DNA from: a virus
Strand: one strand, 5' to 3'
DNA: 64,000 nucleotides
IMG/VR virus record: IMGVR_UViG_3300025096_000004
Coordinates: 127,496-191,495 of that record
Shown here piece after piece: positions 48,447 to 57,299 of the stretch (position 1 is its first letter; each line of letters opens with the position of its first letter). A model generated the notes under the pieces. The model did not search any database and had not been told where the DNA came from. It was given only the letters and a program-made list of their open reading frames with translations. Both the position numbers and the translations under genes were made by a program.

Positions 48447-51400
48447 ATGAATGATATTAAATTTGTGGGGTTGCATGCACATAGCGGCGTAGGTTCCCCA
48501 TTTGATGGTTTTGGGTATCCCCAAGAACATATGGAGTTTGCCTTTAACAATGGCTGTGAGGCTCTCGCCCTAACAGATCATGGAAATATGAATGGTCTGG
48601 CATACCAGATACAACATGCCAAAAGAATGTTGGCTGATGGGAAAAACTTCAAGCCGATCTTTGGGGTTGAAGCCTATTTTATTAAAGATTTGGCGGAATG
48701 GAAGGATGAATTTGAAAAGCATAAACTAGATAAGAAGAAGGCGAGACAGATTGATGCCGACCAATCGGGCACTAATGTGGAAAACGAGGGCGCATCTAAA
48801 AGCAAAAGCCGTTCCTCGATCAATCGCAGCCGACATCTTGTCCTCTTGGCAATGAATCAAGAAGGTTTAAACAACATTTTCAAACTTATTTCGGAGAGCT
48901 ATACCGGTGAATATTTCTATAGAAAGCCTCGAATCGACTACAATCTATTACGTAAGTATGGTGATGGCGTTATTGCTGCTTCTGCTTGTCTTGGTGGCGT
49001 ATACGCTGGCTGCTATTGGGAAAAGCGCGATGAAGGCGAAGAAGCAGTTCTCGAATGTATGCGCGAGACAACCCAAACGATGCTCGACATCTTCGGAGAC
49101 CGCTGGATCGGAGAGCTTCAATGGAACGCAGTGCCAGAACAGCACGAACTCAACAATTACATTATCCAAATGCACAAAGAGTTTGGCATCCCCCTGATTT
49201 CTACCGCAGATTCTCACTATCCTCACCCAACAGCTTGGAAGGATCGTGAACTTTATAAAAGACTTGGCTGGCTTGGTAAAGGCAAGCCCGAGTGGCTAGA
49301 TATGAACCTCCCCCTTTCCGTTGACGAGATCGATTATGAACTCTATCCCAAGAACGGCAATCAAATGTGGGAGGACTACAAAAGATATTCTAAACAATGT
49401 GGAGTTGAATACGATGATAAACTTATACTGGATAGCATTCAAGAAACTCATAGAATTGCTTTTGAGCGTGTTGAAAGATTCGATCCTGATGTTACCGTTC
49501 GTCTTCCTGATTTTGTGGTTCCTGCTGGTTTTACTGCCGACGATTATTTAGAACGCCTATCTATCACTGGTTTAATTAATTTTGGAAAAACCAGCGGCAA
49601 AGATTTGGCAGAATATCACAAAAGATTGAAGCATGAGTTGGCCATCATTGCCGATCGTGGTTTTTCGAAGTACTTCTTGACAATGAAAGCAATCTCCGAT
49701 AAGACCAATGAGATCCAATTAGCAGGTCCCGGAAGGGGTTCTGCCGCTGGTTCGCTGGTAGCATATGTCCTCGGCATTACACAGATCGACCCCATCAAGT
49801 ATGGGCTTCTGTTCTCTCGTTTTATGCGCTCAGATGCCACCGATTATCCCGACATTGATTACGATGTGTCAGACCCAATGACGCTTAAAGCGAAGCTTAT
49901 TGAAGAATGGGGAAGCAATACGGTTGTCCCTATTTCTAATTGGAACACATTACAGCTTCGCTCTCTCATCAAGGACATCTCTAAATTCTATGAGATCCCG
50001 TTCAATGAAGTCAACAACGTGACGAATAAGATGATGCATGAGGCAACCCCAATTGCAAAGAAGAAGCATGGCATCAAAGCCGGGGTCTATACTCCAACCT
50101 TTCATGAGGTCATGGATTACTCCGAGAGCCTTAAGGCATTTTTTAATAAATATCCTCAAGTCAAGGATCACGTTCAGGCATTGCAGGGCTCCTATCGCTC
50201 ATGCTCCAGACATGCCGGTGGTGTTGTAATAGGTGAAGAACTGGACAAGTTCATGCCCCTTATAGCATCGAAGGGGGTTAGACAGACCCCTTGGTCTGAA
50301 GGCCAAAACGTTCGCCAATTAGAGCCAATGGGATTCATTAAGTTTGACATCCTTGGGCTCTCCACGTTGCGTATGATTGAGGATTGTATCTCTCGGATCT
50401 TGACACGTCACCATGGGATTGAGAACCCCTCCTTCTCTGACATCAAGTCCTACTACGATACCCACCTGCACCCGGATGCGATAGACCTACAAGACCAGCA
50501 GGTCTTTGAGAACATCTTTCACAAAGGCCAGTGGATCGGTGTGTTCCAGTTCACAGAGAACGGAGCCCAACGTTTTGCCAAAAAAGTTAAGCCCCGATCA
50601 ATTATCGATCTCTCTGCTATCACTTCGATCTATCGACCCGGACCTTTGTCTGCTGGTGTTGACCGTGACTTCGCCGAAGCAAAGGAACAACCTCAGTATG
50701 TTGAATACCTCAACGACACTGTCCGCGAGATCACAGAAGAGACCTATGGATTCCTCATCTTTCAAGAACAGATAGCCATGCTTGCACACAAGTTAGGTGA
50801 CAATTTGAGTCTGGATGAAGGGAACCTCCTCCGTAAACTACTTACAAAGAAGGGAACGGGGAAAGGGAATGAGGTCAAAGAAAGGATCTACAACAAATTC
50901 ATCGAAGGATGTAGACATAAATGCATTCCGGAAAAGGAAGCAATCAGTCTCTGGAGAAATTTTGAGTATTTTTCAGGCTATGGCTTTAATAAGTCTCATG
51001 CCATTGCTTATTCTATTATCAGCTATCAGTGCGCTTATCTTTGCAATTATTATAAACCCGAATGGACCGCAAGCTTCCTCGACAGAGAACCAGAGACAAG
51101 AAAAGAAAAAGCAATAAACCTTGCTAAGCAGCATGGCTTCGCCATTCGAGACTTGAACATTAATACATCTGGCTATCGGTGGGATCTGGTGGATGACAAG
51201 ACATTGGTCGCTCCACTGACAACGATCAAAGGACTTGGAGAGAAAGCAATTGAACAAATCATTGCCAATCGACCCTTTGTCAATGCTGAAGAACTCTTGT
51301 TCAATGAGAACATTGTCTACTCTAAGTTCAACAAAAAGGCAATTGATGTCCTTTGTCGGGCGGGAGCTATGACTGACCTTATTGATGACAGATTCACTGG

Positions 51401-51875
51401 TGACAAACACTTCTGGTCTGTGATATGCGTTGATAAACCAAGGAGCAAGAAGAAGCTCGATGAGAAGATCGAACTGTATCGACCCGAAGGTTCATTCACA
51501 GAAGAGGAGCGAATTGAGTATTTGACTGATTTAACCGGAATGTTTCCTTTTGCTTTGGTGATGACAGAAGACGTCAATCGCCGCTTAGGAGAACTTTACA
51601 TTCCGCCCATCTCTGAGTTTGATAGGGACTTGGGAGTGTGCTGGGTCATTCCAAGACAGATTGTTAAAAAGAAGACTCGCAATGGTAAGCCATTCTATGT
51701 TGTGGATGTCATTGACGAGAACTCTGTGCAGACAAGAATTCGCTGCTGGGGTGTCGATCCCACTAGGGATAAGTTACATCGCAATCGTCCCTATATGATC
51801 CGCCCTGCGTACTCTTTGGACTGGGGCTTCTCAACCAGAGGTCCGATAAATAAAACTTGGAAAATGTTGGGATAA
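48447..51875 (+). CDS. dnaE: DNA polymerase III alpha subunit (family C)
   Basis: PHP domain LHAHS and ALTDHG; GRGSAAGSLVAY, PDIDYD, RHAGG, KFDILGL and GFNKSHA. Confidence 0.97.
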   Translation: MNDIKFVGLHAHSGVGSPFDGFGYPQEHMEFAFNNGCEALALTDHGNMNGLAYQIQHAKRMLADGKNFKPIFGVEAYFIKDLAEWKDEFEKHKLDKKKARQIDADQSGTNVENEGASKSKSRSSINRSRHLVLLAMNQEGLNNIFKLISESYTGEYFYRKPRIDYNLLRKYGDGVIAASACLGGVYAGCYWEKRDEGEEAVLECMRETTQTMLDIFGDRWIGELQWNAVPEQHELNNYIIQMHKEFGIPLISTADSHYPHPTAWKDRELYKRLGWLGKGKPEWLDMNLPLSVDEIDYELYPKNGNQMWEDYKRYSKQCGVEYDDKLILDSIQETHRIAFERVERFDPDVTVRLPDFVVPAGFTADDYLERLSITGLINFGKTSGKDLAEYHKRLKHELAIIADRGFSKYFLTMKAISDKTNEIQLAGPGRGSAAGSLVAYVLGITQIDPIKYGLLFSRFMRSDATDYPDIDYDVSDPMTLKAKLIEEWGSNTVVPISNWNTLQLRSLIKDISKFYEIPFNEVNNVTNKMMHEATPIAKKKHGIKAGVYTPTFHEVMDYSESLKAFFNKYPQVKDHVQALQGSYRSCSRHAGGVVIGEELDKFMPLIASKGVRQTPWSEGQNVRQLEPMGFIKFDILGLSTLRMIEDCISRILTRHHGIENPSFSDIKSYYDTHLHPDAIDLQDQQVFENIFHKGQWIGVFQFTENGAQRFAKKVKPRSIIDLSAITSIYRPGPLSAGVDRDFAEAKEQPQYVEYLNDTVREITEETYGFLIFQEQIAMLAHKLGDNLSLDEGNLLRKLLTKKGTGKGNEVKERIYNKFIEGCRHKCIPEKEAISLWRNFEYFSGYGFNKSHAIAYSIISYQCAYLCNYYKPEWTASFLDREPETRKEKAINLAKQHGFAIRDLNINTSGYRWDLVDDKTLVAPLTTIKGLGEKAIEQIIANRPFVNAEELLFNENIVYSKFNKKAIDVLCRAGAMTDLIDDRFTGDKHFWSVICVDKPRSKKKLDEKIELYRPEGSFTEEERIEYLTDLTGMFPFALVMTEDVNRRLGELYIPPISEFDRDLGVCWVIPRQIVKKKTRNGKPFYVVDVIDENSVQTRIRCWGVDPTRDKLHRNRPYMIRPAYSLDWGFSTRGPINKTWKMLG

Positions 51876-51878
51876 GTT

Positions 51879-52460
51879 ATGAATTTTATACCTGATAGAA
51901 AAATATATAAAAATATCATTTCTGCCGAAGAAGCTGAAATTTTGATAGAGTTTGGTGAATTTTGGATACATCCCCTTTTTCTTTTCCGTGAACCCCGGCG
52001 ACCTGACAAACCTACGTTCTTCCCCTCTGGCGATCATCAAAACTCATTTTATCTTGAGGTGGTTCCTGTTGTCATAAGAATCGTGAAAAAAATAGAAAAC
52101 AGTCTAGGTGTAAGAGTGGTAAGCGAGCCAACGGAGGATGCATGCCCAAGAGGTATACGGCTGACATCTCATTGGGCAGTTATGAATTATAATGAGGGCA
52201 GCATTGTTCACTATGACACTGGGAGCGCTCAGCACATGCCTTGGTGCAACTTAAGTTGTTCAATATTATTATCAAACCCCGATTCTTTTACTGGCGGTGA
52301 TGTTCATTTTGATGATGGAACTCTAAAGCCCACTGAGCACCATTTGAATGCATTGGTTTACAGCAGCATTGAGGCCGAGGCCCTGAACAAGCATTGGGTT
52401 GACGCTACCGATGGGGCAGACAGATGGATGATGTTGATGTTTTTTAAAGCCATTTTTTAA
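51879..52460 (+). CDS. 2OG-Fe(II) oxygenase
   Basis: HYD, LSCSILLS..DSFTGG, distal H(WV) and R. Confidence 0.8.
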   Translation: MNFIPDRKIYKNIISAEEAEILIEFGEFWIHPLFLFREPRRPDKPTFFPSGDHQNSFYLEVVPVVIRIVKKIENSLGVRVVSEPTEDACPRGIRLTSHWAVMNYNEGSIVHYDTGSAQHMPWCNLSCSILLSNPDSFTGGDVHFDDGTLKPTEHHLNALVYSSIEAEALNKHWVDATDGADRWMMLMFFKAIF

Positions 52461-52480
52461 AAAATAATTTCAAAATTAAC

Positions 52481-52508
52481 TTGACAAATCTATCAAACGT
52501 GTTATATT
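52481..52508 (+). promoter_or_regulatory. sigma70-type promoter
   Basis: TTGACA-16-TATATT. Confidence 0.8.
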
Positions 52509-52531
52509 ATATATGTTCAACGGAGGAATAT

Positions 52532-52816
52532 ATGAACGAACAAACAAGTAAAATTTTGGAACTTGCGGATTCTCTGAATCCAGAGAAGAACAAGGAAACA
52601 CACATGAAGGAATACATCACTTCAGTTAAAGCTTTAGAAGATGCCATGGAGCCCTTTAAGGAGCAGAAGCGTGACCTTCGAAAAGAATATGACGATAATG
52701 GCTGGCTTAACAAAGAAGAACAGCGTATGGTCACCCGGGCATATCGACTGCTCAAAGACGACATTGACATCGGAGAGCTTATCGATATGTACGATGCATT
52801 GCGAGGTTCTAAATGA
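52532..52816 (+). CDS. small helical dsDNA-binding protein (T4 DsbA/GapR-like)
   Basis: LEDAMEPFKEQKRDLRKEY...RAYRLLK...ELIDMYDAL pattern. Confidence 0.5.
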   Translation: MNEQTSKILELADSLNPEKNKETHMKEYITSVKALEDAMEPFKEQKRDLRKEYDDNGWLNKEEQRMVTRAYRLLKDDIDIGELIDMYDALRGSK

Positions 52817-53172
52817 TATTGGGATTATTGCTTGCCTGTGGGGAACAGGTCACAAGCCCCGAGCCCCTCTATTTGACAGAGGAGTATTATGACTGGACAT
52901 GTCATGACTACGAAGACAGGTCAGAAATTATAGTTAGCACCAACACATGTGAAGATCACGAAACAGGCCTTTATTGGCTTATTGCCGAGTCACACCTTGT
53001 TGCTGGCGGGGGTTTTAAACGAAAGTTAGACAAAGCCCCCAATTGGGAAATTGACTGTCTGTATGAGACAAAGCTTCCACTTCTTGATGATTATTGTATT
53101 GAAGTGGGGGGTGTCACATTGACAGCCTACGTCGAACCAGCCACTTGGTCTGGTGCATTATTTGGAGATTAA
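52813..53172 (+). CDS. putative lipoprotein
   Basis: Short signal MILGLLLA-C with a lipobox-like cysteine. Confidence 0.55.
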   Translation: MILGLLLACGEQVTSPEPLYLTEEYYDWTCHDYEDRSEIIVSTNTCEDHETGLYWLIAESHLVAGGGFKRKLDKAPNWEIDCLYETKLPLLDDYCIEVGGVTLTAYVEPATWSGALFGD

Positions 53173-53173
53173 A

Positions 53174-53608
53174 ATGGAAGTTAAAATTAAAAAACTGCAT
53201 CCAGATGCTATAATACCATCATATGCCAAGCATGGAGATGCTGGTATGGATATGTATGCCGCTTCTCAAGGGACAGCAGACAAGTATGGCAACATGGTAT
53301 ATCACACAGGCATTGCAATGGAGATTCCTTCTGGCTATGTTGGATTGATATATCCAAGATCATCTGTGTCAAAAACACCCCACTCACTAAGAAATCATGT
53401 TGGCGTTGTTGATAGTGGCTATCGCGGAGAAATTATATTTAAGTTTGGCTGGGTCGAATCTAGCTCACTTGATACACAAGTTTACGATGCTGGTGATCGC
53501 ATCGGACAAATTATTATTATGCCCTACCCAAGAGTGGAGTTTGTCGAGGTTGATCGATTATCCGATTCCGACCGAGGTGACGGCGGGTTTGGGAGTACAG
53601 GCCAATGA
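53174..53608 (+). CDS. dut: dUTPase (trimeric)
   Basis: AGMD, PRSS, GVVDSGYRGE, RIGQ and RGDGGFGSTG motifs. Confidence 0.97.
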   Translation: MEVKIKKLHPDAIIPSYAKHGDAGMDMYAASQGTADKYGNMVYHTGIAMEIPSGYVGLIYPRSSVSKTPHSLRNHVGVVDSGYRGEIIFKFGWVESSSLDTQVYDAGDRIGQIIIMPYPRVEFVEVDRLSDSDRGDGGFGSTGQ

Positions 53609-53874
53609 ATAGGCAACAAAGAAGAGAGCATGCCAGACAGCAAAAAAAACTAAAGGAAAAGCCAGAGCTTGAGCAAAAGTTGGGGTTGTTTGATAAAATG
53701 CCAGACCATTGTCTTGCTTGTCTTAAAGATTTTGACAAGAAAGATAAGACAATGGTCACTTCTTGGTCTGTAGTGGTTAGAGAGAAGGAAGGAATTGTCC
53801 GCCTCTATTGTCCAGACTGTTGGCAGAAGGCCAAAGATGTCGTGGAGGTATTGAAAAATGAGAATACTGATTGA
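53605..53874 (+). CDS. zinc-finger protein
   Basis: CLAC...YCPDC. Confidence 0.65.
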   Translation: MNRQQRREHARQQKKLKEKPELEQKLGLFDKMPDHCLACLKDFDKKDKTMVTSWSVVVREKEGIVRLYCPDCWQKAKDVVEVLKNENTD

Positions 53875-54019
53875 ATCTCACAAGGGAGACTTCAAACAGC
53901 AGGGGTGGTATATAAAAGAGAATGATACTGGCTTCTGGGCATGCCTAAGTCCTGACTCAGATGTAGAATTTAAATTCCCATGGAATTTGTTTTCATTTAA
54001 TAAATTGGAGGAAAAATGA
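53858..54019 (+). CDS. small hypothetical protein (53 aa)
   Basis: GGAGG RBS; fills the gap with overlaps at both ends. Confidence 0.5.
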   Translation: MRILIESHKGDFKQQGWYIKENDTGFWACLSPDSDVEFKFPWNLFSFNKLEEK

Positions 54020-54204
54020 TTGAAGACGCACCAAAACACAACCCACAAAAGAAAGTGTGGGAGAATGCAGGTATTTTTGATACCTATCACGAGGCCAGAG
54101 CAAAGGCTGAATTGATGAAGTCGGAGACCAAGATCCGTCGTTGTGGTCCCGCTGGCACAAAATTTAAAATTAAACGAGTTGTGAAGATGCTGGGGGATGG
54201 ATGA
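54016..54204 (+). CDS. small hypothetical protein
   Basis: GGAGG RBS and ATGA overlap. Confidence 0.6.
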   Translation: MIEDAPKHNPQKKVWENAGIFDTYHEARAKAELMKSETKIRRCGPAGTKFKIKRVVKMLGDG

Positions 54205-55205
54205 GATCAACAGTTACGTTTGATGATGTTCTTATAGTCCCTCAGTATTCGGAGATAGTTAGTAGAAAATCAATTGATATTGCCAGCATCCTATCTCCCA
54301 ATGTGGTTTTAGATTTGCCTATCTTTGGAGCGCCAATGGATACTGTTACGGATCCCTTTATGCTAAACACAATGAACAGCCACGGCGCTTGTGGGATAAT
54401 GCATAGATATAACTCAATCTATGAGCAAGTATCATCGATAAAGAGAGTTACTGGAACAAAAGCAGCAGCCATTGGTGTGACTGGGGATTATCTAAATAGG
54501 GCAATCAAGCTGGTTGAGTCTGGCGTCGAGATCATTTGTGTCGATGTGGCTCATGGTCACCATGCACTTGTCCGTCATGCGATAAAGACACTGAGAAACA
54601 CATTGGGGTATGATTTACACATCATGGCTGGCAACGTGGCAACCCTTGAAGCCTTTAATGATTTGTCTGACTGGGGCGCCAATTCTATTAGAGTTGGAAT
54701 CGGCGGAGGGTCAATATGTTCTACCCGAATCCAAACTGGCCATGGCATCCCCACTTTGCAGTCTATTATTGACTGTTCTTTATCAGATAGACCAGCGAAA
54801 TTAATAGCCGACGGTGGCCTTAAAAGTTCTGGGGACATGGTAAAGGCCATCGCCGCCGGCGCTGATTTTGTTATGGCTGGCTCCTTGTTGGCTGGAACGC
54901 TTGAGTCTCCCGGAGAGACAACCTTGATCAATGGATCAACTTATAAAAAGTACCGTGGCATGGCTTCCATTGAAGCCCAAATCGATTGGAGGGGGCACTC
55001 TTCTTCTGAAGAAGGTGTTTCACATATGATGCCTTATAAGGGGTCTGTAAAAAAGATTTTAAAAGAGCTAGAAGCTGGAATTAGAAGTGGCTTTTCATAT
55101 AGCGGCGCACTAAATATTGTAGACTTTCAAGCGAAAGCTAAATTTGTAAAACAAAGCTCGGCTGGCTTATATGAAAGCCGAACCCACATCAAGGATCGCT
55201 TTTAA
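54201..55205 (+). CDS. IMP dehydrogenase / GMP reductase family (no CBS domains)
   Basis: TFDDVLIVP, VDVAHGH, AGNVAT, RVGIGGGSICSTR, IADGG and YRGMAS motifs. Confidence 0.95.
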   Translation: MRSTVTFDDVLIVPQYSEIVSRKSIDIASILSPNVVLDLPIFGAPMDTVTDPFMLNTMNSHGACGIMHRYNSIYEQVSSIKRVTGTKAAAIGVTGDYLNRAIKLVESGVEIICVDVAHGHHALVRHAIKTLRNTLGYDLHIMAGNVATLEAFNDLSDWGANSIRVGIGGGSICSTRIQTGHGIPTLQSIIDCSLSDRPAKLIADGGLKSSGDMVKAIAAGADFVMAGSLLAGTLESPGETTLINGSTYKKYRGMASIEAQIDWRGHSSSEEGVSHMMPYKGSVKKILKELEAGIRSGFSYSGALNIVDFQAKAKFVKQSSAGLYESRTHIKDRF

Positions 55206-55531
55206 TGAACAAGGTCAAGAAAAACAAAAAGATAGTTTTCGACGACACAGATATCAGGCATGCCAAGTTGAAGATAAGACTCCAACACGACGGCCTTTCA
55301 CAGGCCGAATTTTTTAGAGCTTTTGTTACAGCTTACATTGAAAAGGACAGGGATATAATAAAATTTATTAATAAGTACAAATTGGATAATAAGAAACAAA
55401 GTAAAAAAGCTATCAAAACAACCCAAAAGGATATCGAATCTGGGTTTGTGAAGATGGAGCAGTTCGGAATTGTCGATGGCGAAATCGAGGATATTTTCGA
55501 TCTTATCGCAAGTGAACACCCAGATTTGTAA
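55205..55531 (+). CDS. hypothetical protein, possible ribbon-helix-helix DNA binder
   Basis: KIVF...HAKLKIRL...SQAEFFRAFV pattern. Confidence 0.45.
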   Translation: MNKVKKNKKIVFDDTDIRHAKLKIRLQHDGLSQAEFFRAFVTAYIEKDRDIIKFINKYKLDNKKQSKKAIKTTQKDIESGFVKMEQFGIVDGEIEDIFDLIASEHPDL

Positions 55532-55608
55532 AAAAACCATTTTTTTGGTGTTTTTCTTGTTCTGGAGCATATTTATAGTGAATAAACATTTTAAGGAGTT
55601 TATATATT

Positions 55609-56169
55609 ATGGCTAAGAAAAAACTTTTAAGCGAAGCACAAATCCGTCGCTTCATGGGTCTTGCAGGCATGAAACCTATGGTTGTCAGCAATGTCATCCA
55701 AGAGATGGGAATGTCTTATGAAGCAGAAGAAGACCCAGCAGATATGGAAGCTGGCGCTCCACCCGCTGCCGAAGACCCCGCTGCTATGGCAGGTGAAATG
55801 CCCGGCGATGAAATGCCCGGTGATGAAATGCCCGGAGAGCCAGAAGGCGACATGGAAGTTTCTGTCGATGAGAAAGACATTGAAGAATTGGAAATGGCTT
55901 TTGACAAGGTGATGTCTGCACTGAAAGGTGAAGAGCCAATGGAAGAGCCAATGGAAGAACCAATGGAAGAGCCCCCAATGGAGCCTGTCGAAGAACCGCT
56001 CGAAGAGCCTGTCGAAGATGAAGAAGCGGCAATGGATGATGAGCTAGCTGAGGTCAGCCTTCAAATGTCTGAAGAAGAAATTGTTCAAGAAGTTGCCCGC
56101 CGTGTAGCCAAAAGAATTCTCAAAGCAAAGCGAGCCAAGAAAGCTTTAGATGAAGCCCTTGGTAAATAA
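55609..56169 (+). CDS. acidic low-complexity protein, putative prohead core/internal protein
   Basis: LLSE..RRFMGLAG N-terminus, E/P/M repeats, CATATTTA upstream at 55568 and its own terminator. Confidence 0.55.
   Translation: MAKKKLLSEAQIRRFMGLAGMKPMVVSNVIQEMGMSYEAEEDPADMEAGAPPAAEDPAAMAGEMPGDEMPGDEMPGEPEGDMEVSVDEKDIEELEMAFDKVMSALKGEEPMEEPMEEPMEEPPMEPVEEPLEEPVEDEEAAMDDELAEVSLQMSEEEIVQEVARRVAKRILKAKRAKKALDEALGK
55795..56013 (+). repeat. short in-frame tandem repeats (15-nt x3; 12-nt x6-7)
   Basis: GAAATGCCCGG at 55795, 55810 and 55825; GAAGAGCCAATG-type units from 55930. Confidence 0.9.
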
Positions 56170-56205
56170 TAATTAAAAAAATAAAATTTGTTACACTAAA
56201 GAGAG

Positions 56206-56236
56206 TGAAAAAGGCAGGCCATGATCTGCCTTTTTT
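56206..56236. terminator. intrinsic terminator, possibly bidirectional
   Basis: AAAAAGGCAG-loop-CTGCCTTTTTT. Confidence 0.8.
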
Positions 56237-56250
56237 ATTATGGAGGAAAT

Positions 56251-56649
56251 ATGTTTTGGATGCAAATCTTTTTAGCCTTTACGGTCGGAATGATTGTATG
56301 TAAGTTGTTCGGCGGCCTTTTGTCCTTGGGTTATTCGGCTTTTTTGTTTCAAAAAGTGCATGACGATTCATTGAGAATCATGGGAACTATTTGTCAGGAT
56401 CTGTCTGAGGTACATCATTTAAAACTTTTGGAACTTCGAAGGATGGGAAAGCCGGAAGAAGAAATAGAGATCGCCCGAAATGTTTCTAATTATCATTTAA
56501 ACTCAATTCGAGCCACTATAGTTCGCAATTTCATATCGACTTTTCCCAAAGCCCAATCTCATATTTTAAGGTTTTCTGATTGGGAATCTGCGATGCAAGA
56601 ATTAGATAGACTAATTAAGAAAGAGAAACAAAATAAATTTAATAAATAA
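56251..56649 (+). CDS. membrane-anchored hypothetical protein
   Basis: GGAGG RBS; N-terminal hydrophobic segment. Confidence 0.6.
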   Translation: MFWMQIFLAFTVGMIVCKLFGGLLSLGYSAFLFQKVHDDSLRIMGTICQDLSEVHHLKLLELRRMGKPEEEIEIARNVSNYHLNSIRATIVRNFISTFPKAQSHILRFSDWESAMQELDRLIKKEKQNKFNK

Positions 56650-56658
56650 GAGGGCAAA

Positions 56659-57288
56659 ATGTCTAAAAAAATTAAACTGGAAACCGAAGAGGATTCCGCA
56701 AAAGAACAAGATCAGGACGCAGACGAATCGGCAGCAATCGCAGGTTTGCTTTCAAGCTTAGAAAGGCCTGACATGCGCAGCATGGCCTTGTTTGGAGAAA
56801 TCGATGAAGAAAAGGCCTCTGACATTTGTGTCGGCCTTCTTCTATTAAGTAAAAACAGTGATGAAGAGAAGCTTGGTCCCATTAACTTCTATATATCAAC
56901 TTATGGTGGCAATGCTGATGACATGTTTTCCATAATTGATATGATGGATATTGCAAAGCGAAATTGTGAAATCCGCACCTACGGCCTTGGAAAGGTTATG
57001 TCAGCAGGTGTCCTTTTGTTGGCCAATGGAACACCGGGCAGCCGCTATGTTGGCAAACATTGCCGGATTATGATTCATTCATGCAATGCAGGATCTGTTG
57101 GAGATATTCATAATTTAAAAAATGAAATGGCCGCAATACAACACCAGCAAGAACAATACATCAACGCGTTGGTAGAAGTATCATCACTCACCAAGAGGCA
57201 GTTGAACCGTCTTCTTGACAGAAAGGTTAATGTTTATTTAACAGCCACTGAGGCAATTGAGTATGGTATTGCTGATGAAATTATGTAG
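56659..57288 (+). CDS. clpP: ClpP-like protease subunit
   Basis: LFGEID, INFYISTYGG, GKVMSAG (Ser), RIMIH (His) and YLTA.EA.EYG.AD. Confidence 0.9.
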   Translation: MSKKIKLETEEDSAKEQDQDADESAAIAGLLSSLERPDMRSMALFGEIDEEKASDICVGLLLLSKNSDEEKLGPINFYISTYGGNADDMFSIIDMMDIAKRNCEIRTYGLGKVMSAGVLLLANGTPGSRYVGKHCRIMIHSCNAGSVGDIHNLKNEMAAIQHQQEQYINALVEVSSLTKRQLNRLLDRKVNVYLTATEAIEYGIADEIM

Positions 57289-57299
57289 GAGATAAATTA

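Noticed and set aside
39718-51875. Inteins or introns in dnaB, nrdJ or dnaE
   Set aside because: Lengths are normal, motifs are contiguous, and no intein splice motifs or homing endonuclease signatures were seen.
55795-56013. Short direct repeats as a CRISPR array
   Set aside because: The units are 12-15 nt, contiguous, in frame and have no spacers; they are coding low-complexity repeats.
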